In this document: positions 15,021-22,183 of the stretch, one piece after another
Position numbering within the stretch: position 1 is the first letter of the stretch
Layout of the letters: each line of letters begins with the position of its first letter
Origin: a virus
Lineage: Duplodnaviria; Heunggongvirae; Uroviricota; Caudoviricetes
Virus record (IMG/VR): IMGVR_UViG_2778261277_000014
Length of the DNA: 22,183 nt
Direction: 5' to 3' (one strand)
Translations under genes and position numbers: made by a program
The notes under the pieces: generated by a model
What the model saw: the letters and a program-made list of their open reading frames with translations, nothing else
The model's database searches: none
Told to the model about the DNA's origin: nothing

Positions 15021-15449
15021 ATGGGTTTTCGTAGCGCATCAATTCTTACGTTGATTATTAGTGGGATTATTATCGGGTGCACTGATGCTGTATCGACAAA
15101 TTATCATGACCGTACATCATATTACTCCGATAAAGCAATAGAGACACAGTATGTGAGTTCATCTGAACGTACTTCTGATGTTAGTGAGGATATCCGTCTG
15201 TATGCCCATCAAATCAAGAGCGCCATCGAAAAACAGTTCGGGGATGCGAGTAAGTATTCAGGAAAAGAGTGTACACTGAGAATGCATATGGCCCCGAATG
15301 GCCTTCTACTGGAGGTTAAAAGAGAAAGTGGAGACCTCGATTTATGTCGTGAAGCGATGAATGCGATAAAGAATGCTGATATACCTGCCCCCCCTTCGCC
15401 GGAAGTATATAAAGTATTTCAAAATGGGGTGCTGGATTTTAAACCCTGA
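15021..15449 (+). CDS. Lipoprotein with TolA domain-III-like C-terminal domain (142 aa)
   Basis: Signal peptide with lipobox IIGC; C-terminal ~80 aa (YAHQIKSAIEKQFGDASKYSGKECTLRMHMAPNGLLLEV...PEVYKVFQNGVLDFKP) closely resembles the C-terminal domain of E. coli TolA (recalled ...FKNAPLDFKP ending). Confidence 0.8.
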   Translation: MGFRSASILTLIISGIIIGCTDAVSTNYHDRTSYYSDKAIETQYVSSSERTSDVSEDIRLYAHQIKSAIEKQFGDASKYSGKECTLRMHMAPNGLLLEVKRESGDLDLCREAMNAIKNADIPAPPSPEVYKVFQNGVLDFKP

Positions 15450-15599
15450 TATTTATTGTTTTGTAATAAACGGTTTCGGCTTAGGTTTGTTCTGACACAA
15501 CTACGGCACTGAGCTAAATCTAGCGGATAGTCAGCTCTGAGCCAGTGGCGGACGTAACAACTACTATTGCTGAGATTTTAATGGATTGAGGAGCAAGAA

Positions 15600-15995
15600 G
15601 TGGGATTAAAGAAAATCGTTATGTTGACTTTTTGGGTCGGTTTTGTTGCGGGATGCACACCTTTACACCCTTCAGATTGCCACAAAACTACTGCTACAGG
15701 TAGTTGCAGTTCAGGACGCTGGGATGATCAGGATGAATGGGGGGCGCAAGCGCGGGGAATCAGAGCTGCAATTAATGCCAAACTTGATGAGCCGCATAAC
15801 TGGAAAGGGAAAAAATGCAGGTTGCATATGGAATTCTCTCAGGATGGCACGGCGTTAAAAATATCTACCAGTAACGGTGATAAAGCCTATTGCGAAGCGA
15901 TAAAGTCCGCAGCTCATAAAGCCAAATTTCCGGCCTTCAACAATCCGGAAGTCTACAGAGATTTTCAGAAATCTGGCTTTGACATGCGAGGTTAG
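15600..15995 (+). CDS. Second, divergent lipoprotein paralogue with TolA-III-like C-terminal domain (131 aa)
   Basis: GTG start 6 nt after GAGGAG SD; lipobox VAGC; C-terminal block (GKKCRLHMEFSQDGTALKI...CEAIKSAAHKAKFPAFNNPEVYRDFQ) shares the same pattern as the upstream paralogue. Confidence 0.75.
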   Translation: MGLKKIVMLTFWVGFVAGCTPLHPSDCHKTTATGSCSSGRWDDQDEWGAQARGIRAAINAKLDEPHNWKGKKCRLHMEFSQDGTALKISTSNGDKAYCEAIKSAAHKAKFPAFNNPEVYRDFQKSGFDMRG

Positions 15996-16120
15996 CTCTT
16001 CAATTACTATATCTCATTCATAGCAAACTGACAGATTTGATGATGTTCTATATACGAAACCTGTGATGTCAAGTCTGAGCTAATACAAATAAACATAATA
16101 TCAGAGAAATACATTTTATT

Positions 16121-16143
16121 AGCTCGCTACGGCGAGCTTTTTA
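16121..16143 (+). terminator. Intrinsic terminator after the lipoprotein pair (AGCTCGC-TACG-GCGAGCT + TTTTT)
   Basis: Perfect 7-bp stem, tetraloop, T tract. Confidence 0.7.
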
Positions 16144-16246
16144 TATTGCATCGTCTCCAGCATATATATCAATTAAGGCTCTGATTGATGTGTCTGGAAG
16201 CCTACACATAATAACTATGCCATCCGTTCCGTGCGGAGGTGAGGCT

Positions 16247-16462
16247 ATGAAATCCATGGACAAAATTTCAACAGGCATTGCCTACGGCACCTCCGCAGGC
16301 AGTGCTGGCTACTGGTTTTTACAGCTGCTCGATAAAGTCACGCCCTCACAGTGGGCAGCAATAGGTGTGCTGGGTAGCCTGGTATTTGGCCTGCTGACGT
16401 ACCTGACAAATCTTTATTTCAAGATTAAAGAAGACAGGCGTAAGGCTGCGAGAGGAGAGTAA
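16247..16462 (+). CDS. Class II holin / pinholin (phage 21 S21-like) with dual-start motif MKSMDK
   Basis: GGAGGTGAGG SD; two in-frame ATGs three codons apart (16247, 16256); TM segments and C-terminus ...[20 protein letters not shown] match recalled S21. Confidence 0.85.
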   Translation: MKSMDKISTGIAYGTSAGSAGYWFLQLLDKVTPSQWAAIGVLGSLVFGLLTYLTNLYFKIKEDRRKAARGE

Positions 16463-16466
16463 TCCA

Positions 16467-16778
16467 ATGACTCAAGACTATGAACTGGTTGTGAAAGGAG
16501 TCCGTAATTTTGAGAATAAAGTTACGGTAACTGTAGCCTTACAGGACAAAGAACGCTTTGACGGTGAAATTTTTGGCCTGGATGTCGCCATGGACCGTGT
16601 TGAAGGAGCTGCGCTGGAGTTTTATGAGGCAGCAGCCAGAATGAGCGTCCGGCAAGTCTTCCTGGAAGTAGCAGAAAAATTGTCAGAAAAAGTTGAGTCT
16701 TATCTGCAGCATCAGTACTCCTTTAAGATTGAAAATCCTGCCAATAAGCACGAGCGTCCTCATCATAAATATCTATGA
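16467..16778 (+). CDS. YdfR-like protein (103 aa) inserted between holin and endolysin
   Basis: GAGGAGAG SD; stop overlaps endolysin ATG (ATGA); same position and size as ydfR in Qin (recalled). Confidence 0.7.
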   Translation: MTQDYELVVKGVRNFENKVTVTVALQDKERFDGEIFGLDVAMDRVEGAALEFYEAAARMSVRQVFLEVAEKLSEKVESYLQHQYSFKIENPANKHERPHHKYL

Positions 16779-17308
16779 ACACAAAAATCAGATACGGCCT
16801 GTCGGCTGCCGTTCTGGCGCTGATTGGTGCTGGCGCATCTGCTCCTCAGATACTTGACCAGTTTCTGGACGAAAAAGAAGGTAACCACACAATGGCATAC
16901 CGCGATGGTTCTGGCATATGGACCATCTGTCGGGGTGCCACAGTGGTGGATGGAAAAACCGTTTTTCCCAATATGAAACTGTCGAAGGAAAAATGCGACC
17001 AGGTCAACGCCATTGAGCGTGATAAGGCGCTGGCATGGGTGGAGCGCAATATAAAAGTTCCACTGACCGAGCCACAGAAAGCCGGTATCGCGTCATTCTG
17101 TCCCTATAACATTGGCCCTGGTAAGTGTTTTCCGTCGACGTTTTATAAGCGGCTTAATGCCGGTGATCGTAAAGGCGCATGCGAGGCGATTCGCTGGTGG
17201 ATAAAGGACGGTGGACGTGATTGCCGCATTCGTTCAAATAATTGTTACGGTCAGGTTATTCGTCGTGACCAGGAGAGTGCATTAACCTGCTGGGGGATAG
17301 AACAGTGA
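16775..17308 (+). CDS. SAR endolysin (T4-lysozyme-like muramidase with N-terminal signal-anchor-release domain)
   Basis: N-terminal weakly hydrophobic Gly/Ala-rich segment ([16 protein letters not shown]) followed by E...D...T catalytic pattern ([20 protein letters not shown]); pairs with a pinholin as in phage 21. Confidence 0.88.
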   Translation: MNTKIRYGLSAAVLALIGAGASAPQILDQFLDEKEGNHTMAYRDGSGIWTICRGATVVDGKTVFPNMKLSKEKCDQVNAIERDKALAWVERNIKVPLTEPQKAGIASFCPYNIGPGKCFPSTFYKRLNAGDRKGACEAIRWWIKDGGRDCRIRSNNCYGQVIRRDQESALTCWGIEQ

Positions 17309-17802
17309 ATCAGATATTCACGGTGATTTTGCTCGTGTTGGTAGGATTTGTCGTAGGTAATGTCTGGAGCGACAGAGGATGGCAAAAAAAATGGGCGGAG
17401 CGTGATGCTGCCGAATTATCTCAAGAGGTAAATGTCCAATTTGCTGTTCGAATAATTGAACAGGGGCGAAGTATATCCCGTGATGAGGCTGTTAAAGATG
17501 CACAACAGAAAGCCGCTGAAATTTCTGCCAGGGCTGCTGATCTGTCTGATAGTGTTAACCAGCTGCGTGCCGAAGCAACAAAATATGCCATACGCCTTGA
17601 CGCAGCGCAGCATACCGCAAATCTTGCCGCTGCCGTCAGAGGCAAAACAACCAAAGCCGCCGAAGGAATGCTCACCAACATGCTCGGAGATATTGCAGCA
17701 GAAGCTCAGCTTTATGCTGAAATTGCTGACAAACGCTACATCGCAGGAGTGACTTGTCAACGGATTTATGAATCTTTAAGAGATAAAAAATATCAGATGT
17801 AG
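17305..17802 (+). CDS. Rz-like inner-membrane spanin (i-spanin)
   Basis: N-terminal TM helix then coiled-coil-like, Ala/Gln-rich periplasmic region; overlaps endolysin stop (GTGA); contains an embedded +1-frame lipoprotein ORF. Confidence 0.8.
   Translation: MNQIFTVILLVLVGFVVGNVWSDRGWQKKWAERDAAELSQEVNVQFAVRIIEQGRSISRDEAVKDAQQKAAEISARAADLSDSVNQLRAEATKYAIRLDAAQHTANLAAAVRGKTTKAAEGMLTNMLGDIAAEAQLYAEIADKRYIAGVTCQRIYESLRDKKYQM
17498..17752 (+). CDS. Rz1-like outer-membrane lipoprotein spanin (o-spanin) embedded in Rz in the +1 frame
   Basis: Lipobox LTSC followed by a proline-rich mature region; GAGG SD 9 nt upstream of ATG 17498 (upstream ATG 17483 also possible). Confidence 0.6.
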   Translation: MHNRKPLKFLPGLLICLIVLTSCVPKQQNMPYALTQRSIPQILPLPSEAKQPKPPKECSPTCSEILQQKLSFMLKLLTNATSQE

Positions 17803-18053
17803 ATTAATATTAAATCGGATTATTTTTAGCGCTGAATGTGAAATTTAAATAAAAAGGACTCTTCCATGAGTCAAAATCCTTGAAATCTTAAGGGTAAGAT
17901 AAAAGGTCATTAGACAGAATGACACGTTTTATTAATAAATAAAGCTATTGTTTCATTCGTGTGTTTTTCTTTACAAAAGTAATCCTTGCTATGGTTGGTT
18001 AATCATGCGTTAATGGTGTTCTGGTTTGTTACAAAATTATCTGAAGCAGTCAT

Positions 18054-18062
18054 TGTTATAAT
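18054..18062 (+). promoter_or_regulatory. Extended -10 element (TGtTATAAT) of a candidate promoter for the cold-shock gene, giving a ~95-nt 5' UTR
   Basis: Read directly in an AT-rich region; no good -35, consistent with UP-element/extended -10 promoters of csp genes. Confidence 0.4.
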
Positions 18063-18162
18063 TTTATTATTTGTACCTCTTGAGATTTCCTTGTTGGTTT
18101 TTCTCTCTGATATTTTTTTTCGGACCATTCTGCCCAAGGGCTAACTTCTTCAAAAGGTAATA

Positions 18163-18378
18163 ATGATGTCTAACAAAATGACTGGTTTAGTGAAATGGTT
18201 TAACCCTGAAAAAGGTTTTGGTTTCATCACGCCGAAAGATGGTAGCAAAGATGTGTTTGTGCATTTCTCAGCTATTCAGAGCAACGATTTCAAAACGTTA
18301 ACTGAGAATCAGGAAGTCGAATTTGGTATTGAGAACGGACCTAAAGGCCCTGCAGCTGTTCATGTAGTGGCACTTTGA
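18163..18378 (+). CDS. Cold-shock protein, CspA family (CspB/CspI-like)
   Basis: RNP motifs KGFGFI and VFVHF; about 70 aa; prophage-borne csp genes are typical of Qin. Confidence 0.9.
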   Translation: MMSNKMTGLVKWFNPEKGFGFITPKDGSKDVFVHFSAIQSNDFKTLTENQEVEFGIENGPKGPAAVHVVAL

Positions 18379-18583
18379 GGTAGAAAATATTACAAACCAT
18401 ATTCACTTTAGATGCCCGTGTTGCCATGGTTCTCAGTATAGAACATCATCTTTTGATGTTTCTGACAGAAATCCTTTCGGGGCAAAATGTATCTTTTGTA
18501 AATCAATGATGATTACATTTGATAATATTTCACAATACTTAAATGTTAGCCATCTGTCGTTAGATTTAAGAAAGTGAAAATGA

Positions 18584-18606
18584 AGGCTCCTTCGGGAGCT
18601 TTTTTG
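18584..18606 (+). terminator. Intrinsic terminator (GGCTCC-TTCG-GGAGC + TTTTTT)
   Basis: Stem with TTCG tetraloop and T tract about 200 nt downstream of the csp stop. Confidence 0.5.
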
Positions 18607-18649
18607 CTTAGTGTCTAGTCGATGGATACTCACATATTACGGTAACATT

Positions 18650-18880
18650 ATGAAAAAAATAATAGTTTTTTTTAACTCTGAACCAGCAATGGTAGTGCCA
18701 GTGATGACCGGAGTTAACACCATCATGCGTGAATATCCAAATGGCGAAACAACACACCTCACTGTAATGGCTGCAGGGTTTCCATCTCTGACCGGAGATC
18801 ATAAAGTCATTTATGTAGCAGCGGATCGACATGTAACTTCAGAAGAAATTCTGGAAGCAGCAATGAGACTCTTGAATTGA
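18650..18880 (+). CDS. Hypothetical small protein (76 aa)
   Basis: ATG at 18650 (MKKIIVFF...); track ORF starts further upstream at 18611; no recognisable motif. Confidence 0.5.
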   Translation: MKKIIVFFNSEPAMVVPVMTGVNTIMREYPNGETTHLTVMAAGFPSLTGDHKVIYVAADRHVTSEEILEAAMRLLN

Positions 18881-19049
18881 TTTGATTCTAATGCATTGAT
18901 AATAAATGATAATCATCTTTATCTGTTTGTGTGAAATTTAGACCGTCGTATGTTGATTATTGCGATGTTTCATCTTATCTTTTATACGTTTGCTCCATAT
19001 AATTGACACTACTGTGTACCAGGACAGTCATAACAGACTAAAAGAGGAA

Positions 19050-19226
19050 ATGATGAACATTGAAGAGTTAAAAACAAAAACAGAAGCAGATATTTCTGAA
19101 TATATAACAAAAAAAATCATTGAGCTTAAGAAAAAGACCGGGAAAGAAGTTACCAGTATCCAGTTTACTGCACGGGAAAAAATGACTGGTCTTGAAAGCT
19201 ATGATATCAAGATTGATTTAATCTAG
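19050..19226 (+). CDS. GnsA/GnsB-family small protein (58 aa)
   Basis: AAGAGGAAA SD; the ...TGKEV..I.FTAREKMTGLESYD.KI... block matches recalled GnsB. Confidence 0.72.
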   Translation: MMNIEELKTKTEADISEYITKKIIELKKKTGKEVTSIQFTAREKMTGLESYDIKIDLI

Positions 19227-19521
19227 CATGTTTATAGTATTAGCATCAATTTCTCATCAGATGCTATTCAACAATACAAATTACCCATAAACCTCGTTTT
19301 TACGGGGTTTTGTTATATTTAAACATTACCGAATAGATATAAATCTCGATTGTCGATGGTATTGGTTGTGTGACAATACCTAGTCTTTCCGGTATGCCTG
19401 AAGAGAATACAAACGACAGATTATGTAAGGGAAACGTGCTGAAACTTTCACTCTTTCATGCTGAGTGATTTGACGTTATATTTTTAGCCGCAAGTGAAGA
19501 GCAAACGAATGGAGCGACAAA

Positions 19522-19728
19522 ATGCATAAAGATCAATACACTGATGCCCCCTCCCAGGAGCAGGTTCGTGTAAAAACTATGCTTAATAGCACCATTTCGA
19601 TGGGTTACCCGGATGTTGTAATTGCATGTATAGAACATCAAGTATCTCTGGAAGCATTCAGGGCAATTGAGGCCGCGTTAGTAAAGCACGATAAGAATAC
19701 GAAGGATTATTCCCTGGTGGTTGACTGA
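19522..19728 (+). CDS. Hypothetical protein (68 aa)
   Basis: ORF with GGAG-containing upstream region; no recognisable motif. Confidence 0.45.
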   Translation: MHKDQYTDAPSQEQVRVKTMLNSTISMGYPDVVIACIEHQVSLEAFRAIEAALVKHDKNTKDYSLVVD

Positions 19729-20089
19729 TCACCATAACTGCTAACCATTCTGACCATTTCACAAGTGACAGAGTCAATATCGTATTCTGTCACTGTAAGG
19801 CTAATACAGTACTGCAATTCAACTACAGCAATGCCTCGTATTTAGGTGAATTTACAATATCGTCCAGTTCGGATGCCGGCTGCATTTCTGAAGATAAGGC
19901 ATTTCGGTTCGCGTATTTTCCCCTCATGCTCGTCAGTCCTGCGCGTAGTAAGAAACAGGACACTCACACTAATTTGTGTGGGCATGCTGTGATGTCCTTC
20001 TGAATTATCCCCATGCCATTATGTAAAGCTCTGTTTCAGATGCTCGTCACGGTTGTCAGGCTGTCGGGTCCTCCCAGTGGGGGTCCCTG

Positions 20090-20112
20090 CCACGGGGCGG
20101 GAGCGTCGCGGA
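20090..20112. other. Candidate cos site (cosN-like GGGGCGGGAGCGTCGCGG) upstream of the small terminase gene
   Basis: Resembles the lambda left cohesive end GGGCGGCGACCTCGCGGG; lies about 180 bp upstream of the Nu1-like gene, as in lambda. Confidence 0.45.
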
Positions 20113-20289
20113 AAAAGACTAGTTTTTGCATTTCCATGGCGGCGGCAGCATGTTTGGTAATTTATTGATAATTAAAAGTTATTTCTCTTTTCACCTGTAC
20201 AATATTTTTTCTCCCTGTCATTAGACCAGTTTGCAATTAATTGAAATATATAAATAAACCTGATTTTCACCTGCCAGATGGAGTTGCTT

Positions 20290-20817
20290 ATGTCAAATGT
20301 GAGCGGGATCGGTGATGCTTATTACTGGAGTGTTTTTAAAATCGCCGAGGCCTTTGGGCTTCACCGGGACACAGTAAAAAAACGGCTCCTCGCGGCCAAC
20401 ACTCCTGTGGCTGCGACTGTCAGGGGGAACCCCGTTTACGCCCTGCAGCATGTCGGGCCCGCCCTGTTTAGTGTGAAGCATGAGGCAGCAGACTCTGTTC
20501 ATGATCCATCCCGTATGGAGCCGAAAGAGAGAAAAGACTGGTACCAGTCTGAAAATGAAAGGATCAAGCTGGAAAAGGAGCAGCGAAAACTCATCCCAGT
20601 TGATGAAGTAGTCATCGTCTATTCGTCCATGAGAAAGGCTGTCGTCCAGGTTCTGGAGACAATTCCGGATGTTCTTGAACGCGATTGCGCCCTGACTCCT
20701 CAGGCCGTCGGCGTTGTACAGCAGGCCATTGATGACCTGCGATACACTCTTCAGGAAAAATCCTACGAGGCTTGTGCTGCTGAATTAATTCCTGATGAGG
20801 AAGGAGAGAGTCTCTAG
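20290..20817 (+). CDS. Terminase small subunit (Nu1/NohA-like)
   Basis: N-terminal HTH-like region, acidic C-terminus (AAELIPDEEGESL) resembling the lambda Nu1 tail; ATG at 20290 with GGAG SD; immediately upstream of a gpA-like large subunit. Confidence 0.72.
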   Translation: MSNVSGIGDAYYWSVFKIAEAFGLHRDTVKKRLLAANTPVAATVRGNPVYALQHVGPALFSVKHEAADSVHDPSRMEPKERKDWYQSENERIKLEKEQRKLIPVDEVVIVYSSMRKAVVQVLETIPDVLERDCALTPQAVGVVQQAIDDLRYTLQEKSYEACAAELIPDEEGESL

Positions 20818-20825
20818 GAGGAATA

Positions 20826-21152
20826 ATGGGTTTTTCATCAGCCCGAAATTTGGGAAGGGACATATCGGCAGGATTTTCCCCACCACGTCGCATGCCGATT
20901 TCGGAGGCTGTTAAAAAATTCATGCGTGTTCCCAAGGGGGCTGGTAACTCGGTGCCATGGGATCCTGAACTGACACCCTACATCATTGAGCCCATGAACT
21001 GCCTGGCATCGCGTGAATACGATGCGGTGATTTTTGTTGGTCCTGCGCGAACAGGGAAGACCATTGGTCTGATCGATGGATGGATTGTCTATACCATCGT
21101 TTGCGATCCTTCGGACATGCTCGTTGTGCAGATGACCGAAGATAAGGCGTAA
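20826..21152 (+). pseudogene. Terminase large subunit (lambda gpA-like), N-terminal 108-codon fragment truncated by IS insertion
   Basis: WDPELTPYIIEPMN...VGPARTGKT parallels lambda gpA N-terminus (WETLPFQRAIMNAM...KSARVGYSKM); reading frame ends at a TAA created at the IS boundary (GTAAGCG at 21149). Confidence 0.72.
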
Positions 21153-22183
21153 GCGTTAACGGAGCGCCGTATTGACACTTATTTATTGGTGAGTACTACG
21201 TTCCATGGCAGGAGTTCATCAACTCGGTTGGAAGGCCATTCCGGCAGCACGCTCAGGATATGGCGCAGATACGCTTCCGGATCGATACCGTTCAGTCGGC
21301 AGGTACCGATCAGCCCGTACAGTAGCGCACCACGCTCGCCACCATGATCGTTGCCGAAGAACATGTAATTCTTTTTCCCGAGACAGACGGCACGAAGCGC
21401 TCTTTCTGCTGTGTTATTGTCCGCCTCCGCCAGACCGTCATCACTGTAATAACAGAGGGCGTCCCACTGATTCAGTACATAGCTGAACGCTTCGCCCAGT
21501 CTGGATTTTTTCGACAGCGTGCCATTCTTCTCCACCATCCATTCATGCAGCGACGTCAGTAACGATTTGCTTCGCTGCTGCCTGACTGCAAGACGTTCAG
21601 ACTCCGGTAAGCCCCGTATTTCATCCTCGATGGCGTACAGTTCACTGATACGCTTCAGGGCTTCTTCTGCCGTCGTACTTTTGCTGCTGATGTATACATC
21701 GTGGATTTTTCGCCGGGCATGGGCCCAGCACGCAACTTCTGTCAGTGCACCACCTTCACGTTCGGCACTGAACAGCCGATCGTAACCGCTGAACGCATCC
21801 GCCTGCAGGATACCCCGGAAGGGACGAAGGTGTTGTACCGGATGTTTTCCCTGCCTGTCTGGTGAGTAGGCGAACCAGACCGCCGGTGGCTCTGATGAGC
21901 CCGCATTCCGGTCATCCCGGACATACGTCCAGATGCGTCCTGTTTTTGCCTTTTTTCTGCCCGGTGCCAGCACTTTTACTGGTGTGTCGTCAGTGTGAAC
22001 CTTGCGGGTGTTCATCACGTAATGGTACAGGGTATCATTCAGCGGAGTCATTAACTGACAACATGCGTCAACCCAGTTGGAGAGTAATGCCCGGCTCAGT
22101 TCGATGCCCTGGCGGGCAAAGATTTCACTCTGACGATACAGTGGCAGATGTTCGCAGTATTTTCCCGTTAACACGCGGGCAAG
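21149..22183 (-). mobile_element. IS66-family insertion sequence, right end (partial; continues beyond the window)
   Basis: Element terminus begins GTAAGCG (characteristic of IS66-family ends) immediately 3' of a TnpC-type transposase gene; interrupts the terminase gene. Confidence 0.78.
21179..22183 (-). CDS. IS66-family transposase TnpC, C-terminal ~334 aa (N-terminus lies outside the window)
   Basis: Frame is open to the window edge (track's Met at 22174 is a GTG); contains the CWAHARRK motif typical of IS66 TnpC. Confidence 0.85.
   Translation of the reverse strand, partial: LARVLTGKYCEHLPLYRQSEIFARQGIELSRALLSNWVDACCQLMTPLNDTLYHYVMNTRKVHTDDTPVKVLAPGRKKAKTGRIWTYVRDDRNAGSSEPPAVWFAYSPDRQGKHPVQHLRPFRGILQADAFSGYDRLFSAEREGGALTEVACWAHARRKIHDVYISSKSTTAEEALKRISELYAIEDEIRGLPESERLAVRQQRSKSLLTSLHEWMVEKNGTLSKKSRLGEAFSYVLNQWDALCYYSDDGLAEADNNTAERALRAVCLGKKNYMFFGNDHGGERGALLYGLIGTCRLNGIDPEAYLRHILSVLPEWPSNRVDELLPWNVVLTNK

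Noticed and set aside
13628-16200. Shiga-toxin or other toxin genes downstream of Q
   Set aside because: The stx-equivalent slot contains only tRNAs, a hypothetical ORF and the TolA-like lipoproteins; no A/B-subunit-like ORFs are present.
17416-17760. Minus-strand ORFs within Rz
   Set aside because: Antisense to Rz/Rz1; the plus-strand +1 frame Rz1 lipoprotein is the established embedded gene type.
21205-21785. Plus-strand ORFs inside the IS transposase gene
   Set aside because: Antisense to a transposase with recognisable family motif.
1-22183. CRISPR array or rRNA genes
   Set aside because: No regularly spaced identical direct repeats with unique spacers, and no rRNA-like sequence; the only tandem repeats are iterons (7539-7643) and coding low-complexity repeats (2480-2600).

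Overview
The window is almost entirely one lambdoid (Qin / phage-21-like) prophage of an Escherichia-type host. Everything here is read by eye from the sequence and ORF track; no searches were run, so homology statements are motif-level or from memory. Left to right: (1) integrase, excisionase and an 823-aa DEDDh exonuclease on the minus strand; (2) a dicB-type division-inhibition operon (ydfA-like, a 191-aa ORF, DicF sRNA, dicB, ydfD) under a DicA/DicC switch with a repeated operator motif; (3) a replication module (YdaT-like, O-like initiator with five internal iterons); (4) an accessory region holding a 310-aa HEPN-motif protein, an unannotated 29-aa hydrophobic peptide ORF, a hok toxin, then rem-like, DUF968, RusA and antiterminator Q; (5) a late promoter/terminator and two tRNA genes (CAU and Arg-UCU); (6) two tandem lipoproteins with TolA domain-III-like C-termini; (7) a pinholin / SAR-endolysin / Rz-Rz1 lysis cassette; (8) cold-shock and Gns-family morons; (9) a cos-like site, Nu1-like small terminase and a gpA-like large terminase cut after ~108 codons by an IS66-family element that runs off the right edge, so the prophage is probably packaging-defective. 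The best candidates for undescribed biology are the TolA-III-like lipoprotein pair, the HEPN-motif protein beside hok, and the small hydrophobic peptide ORF. No CRISPR array or rRNA was seen.
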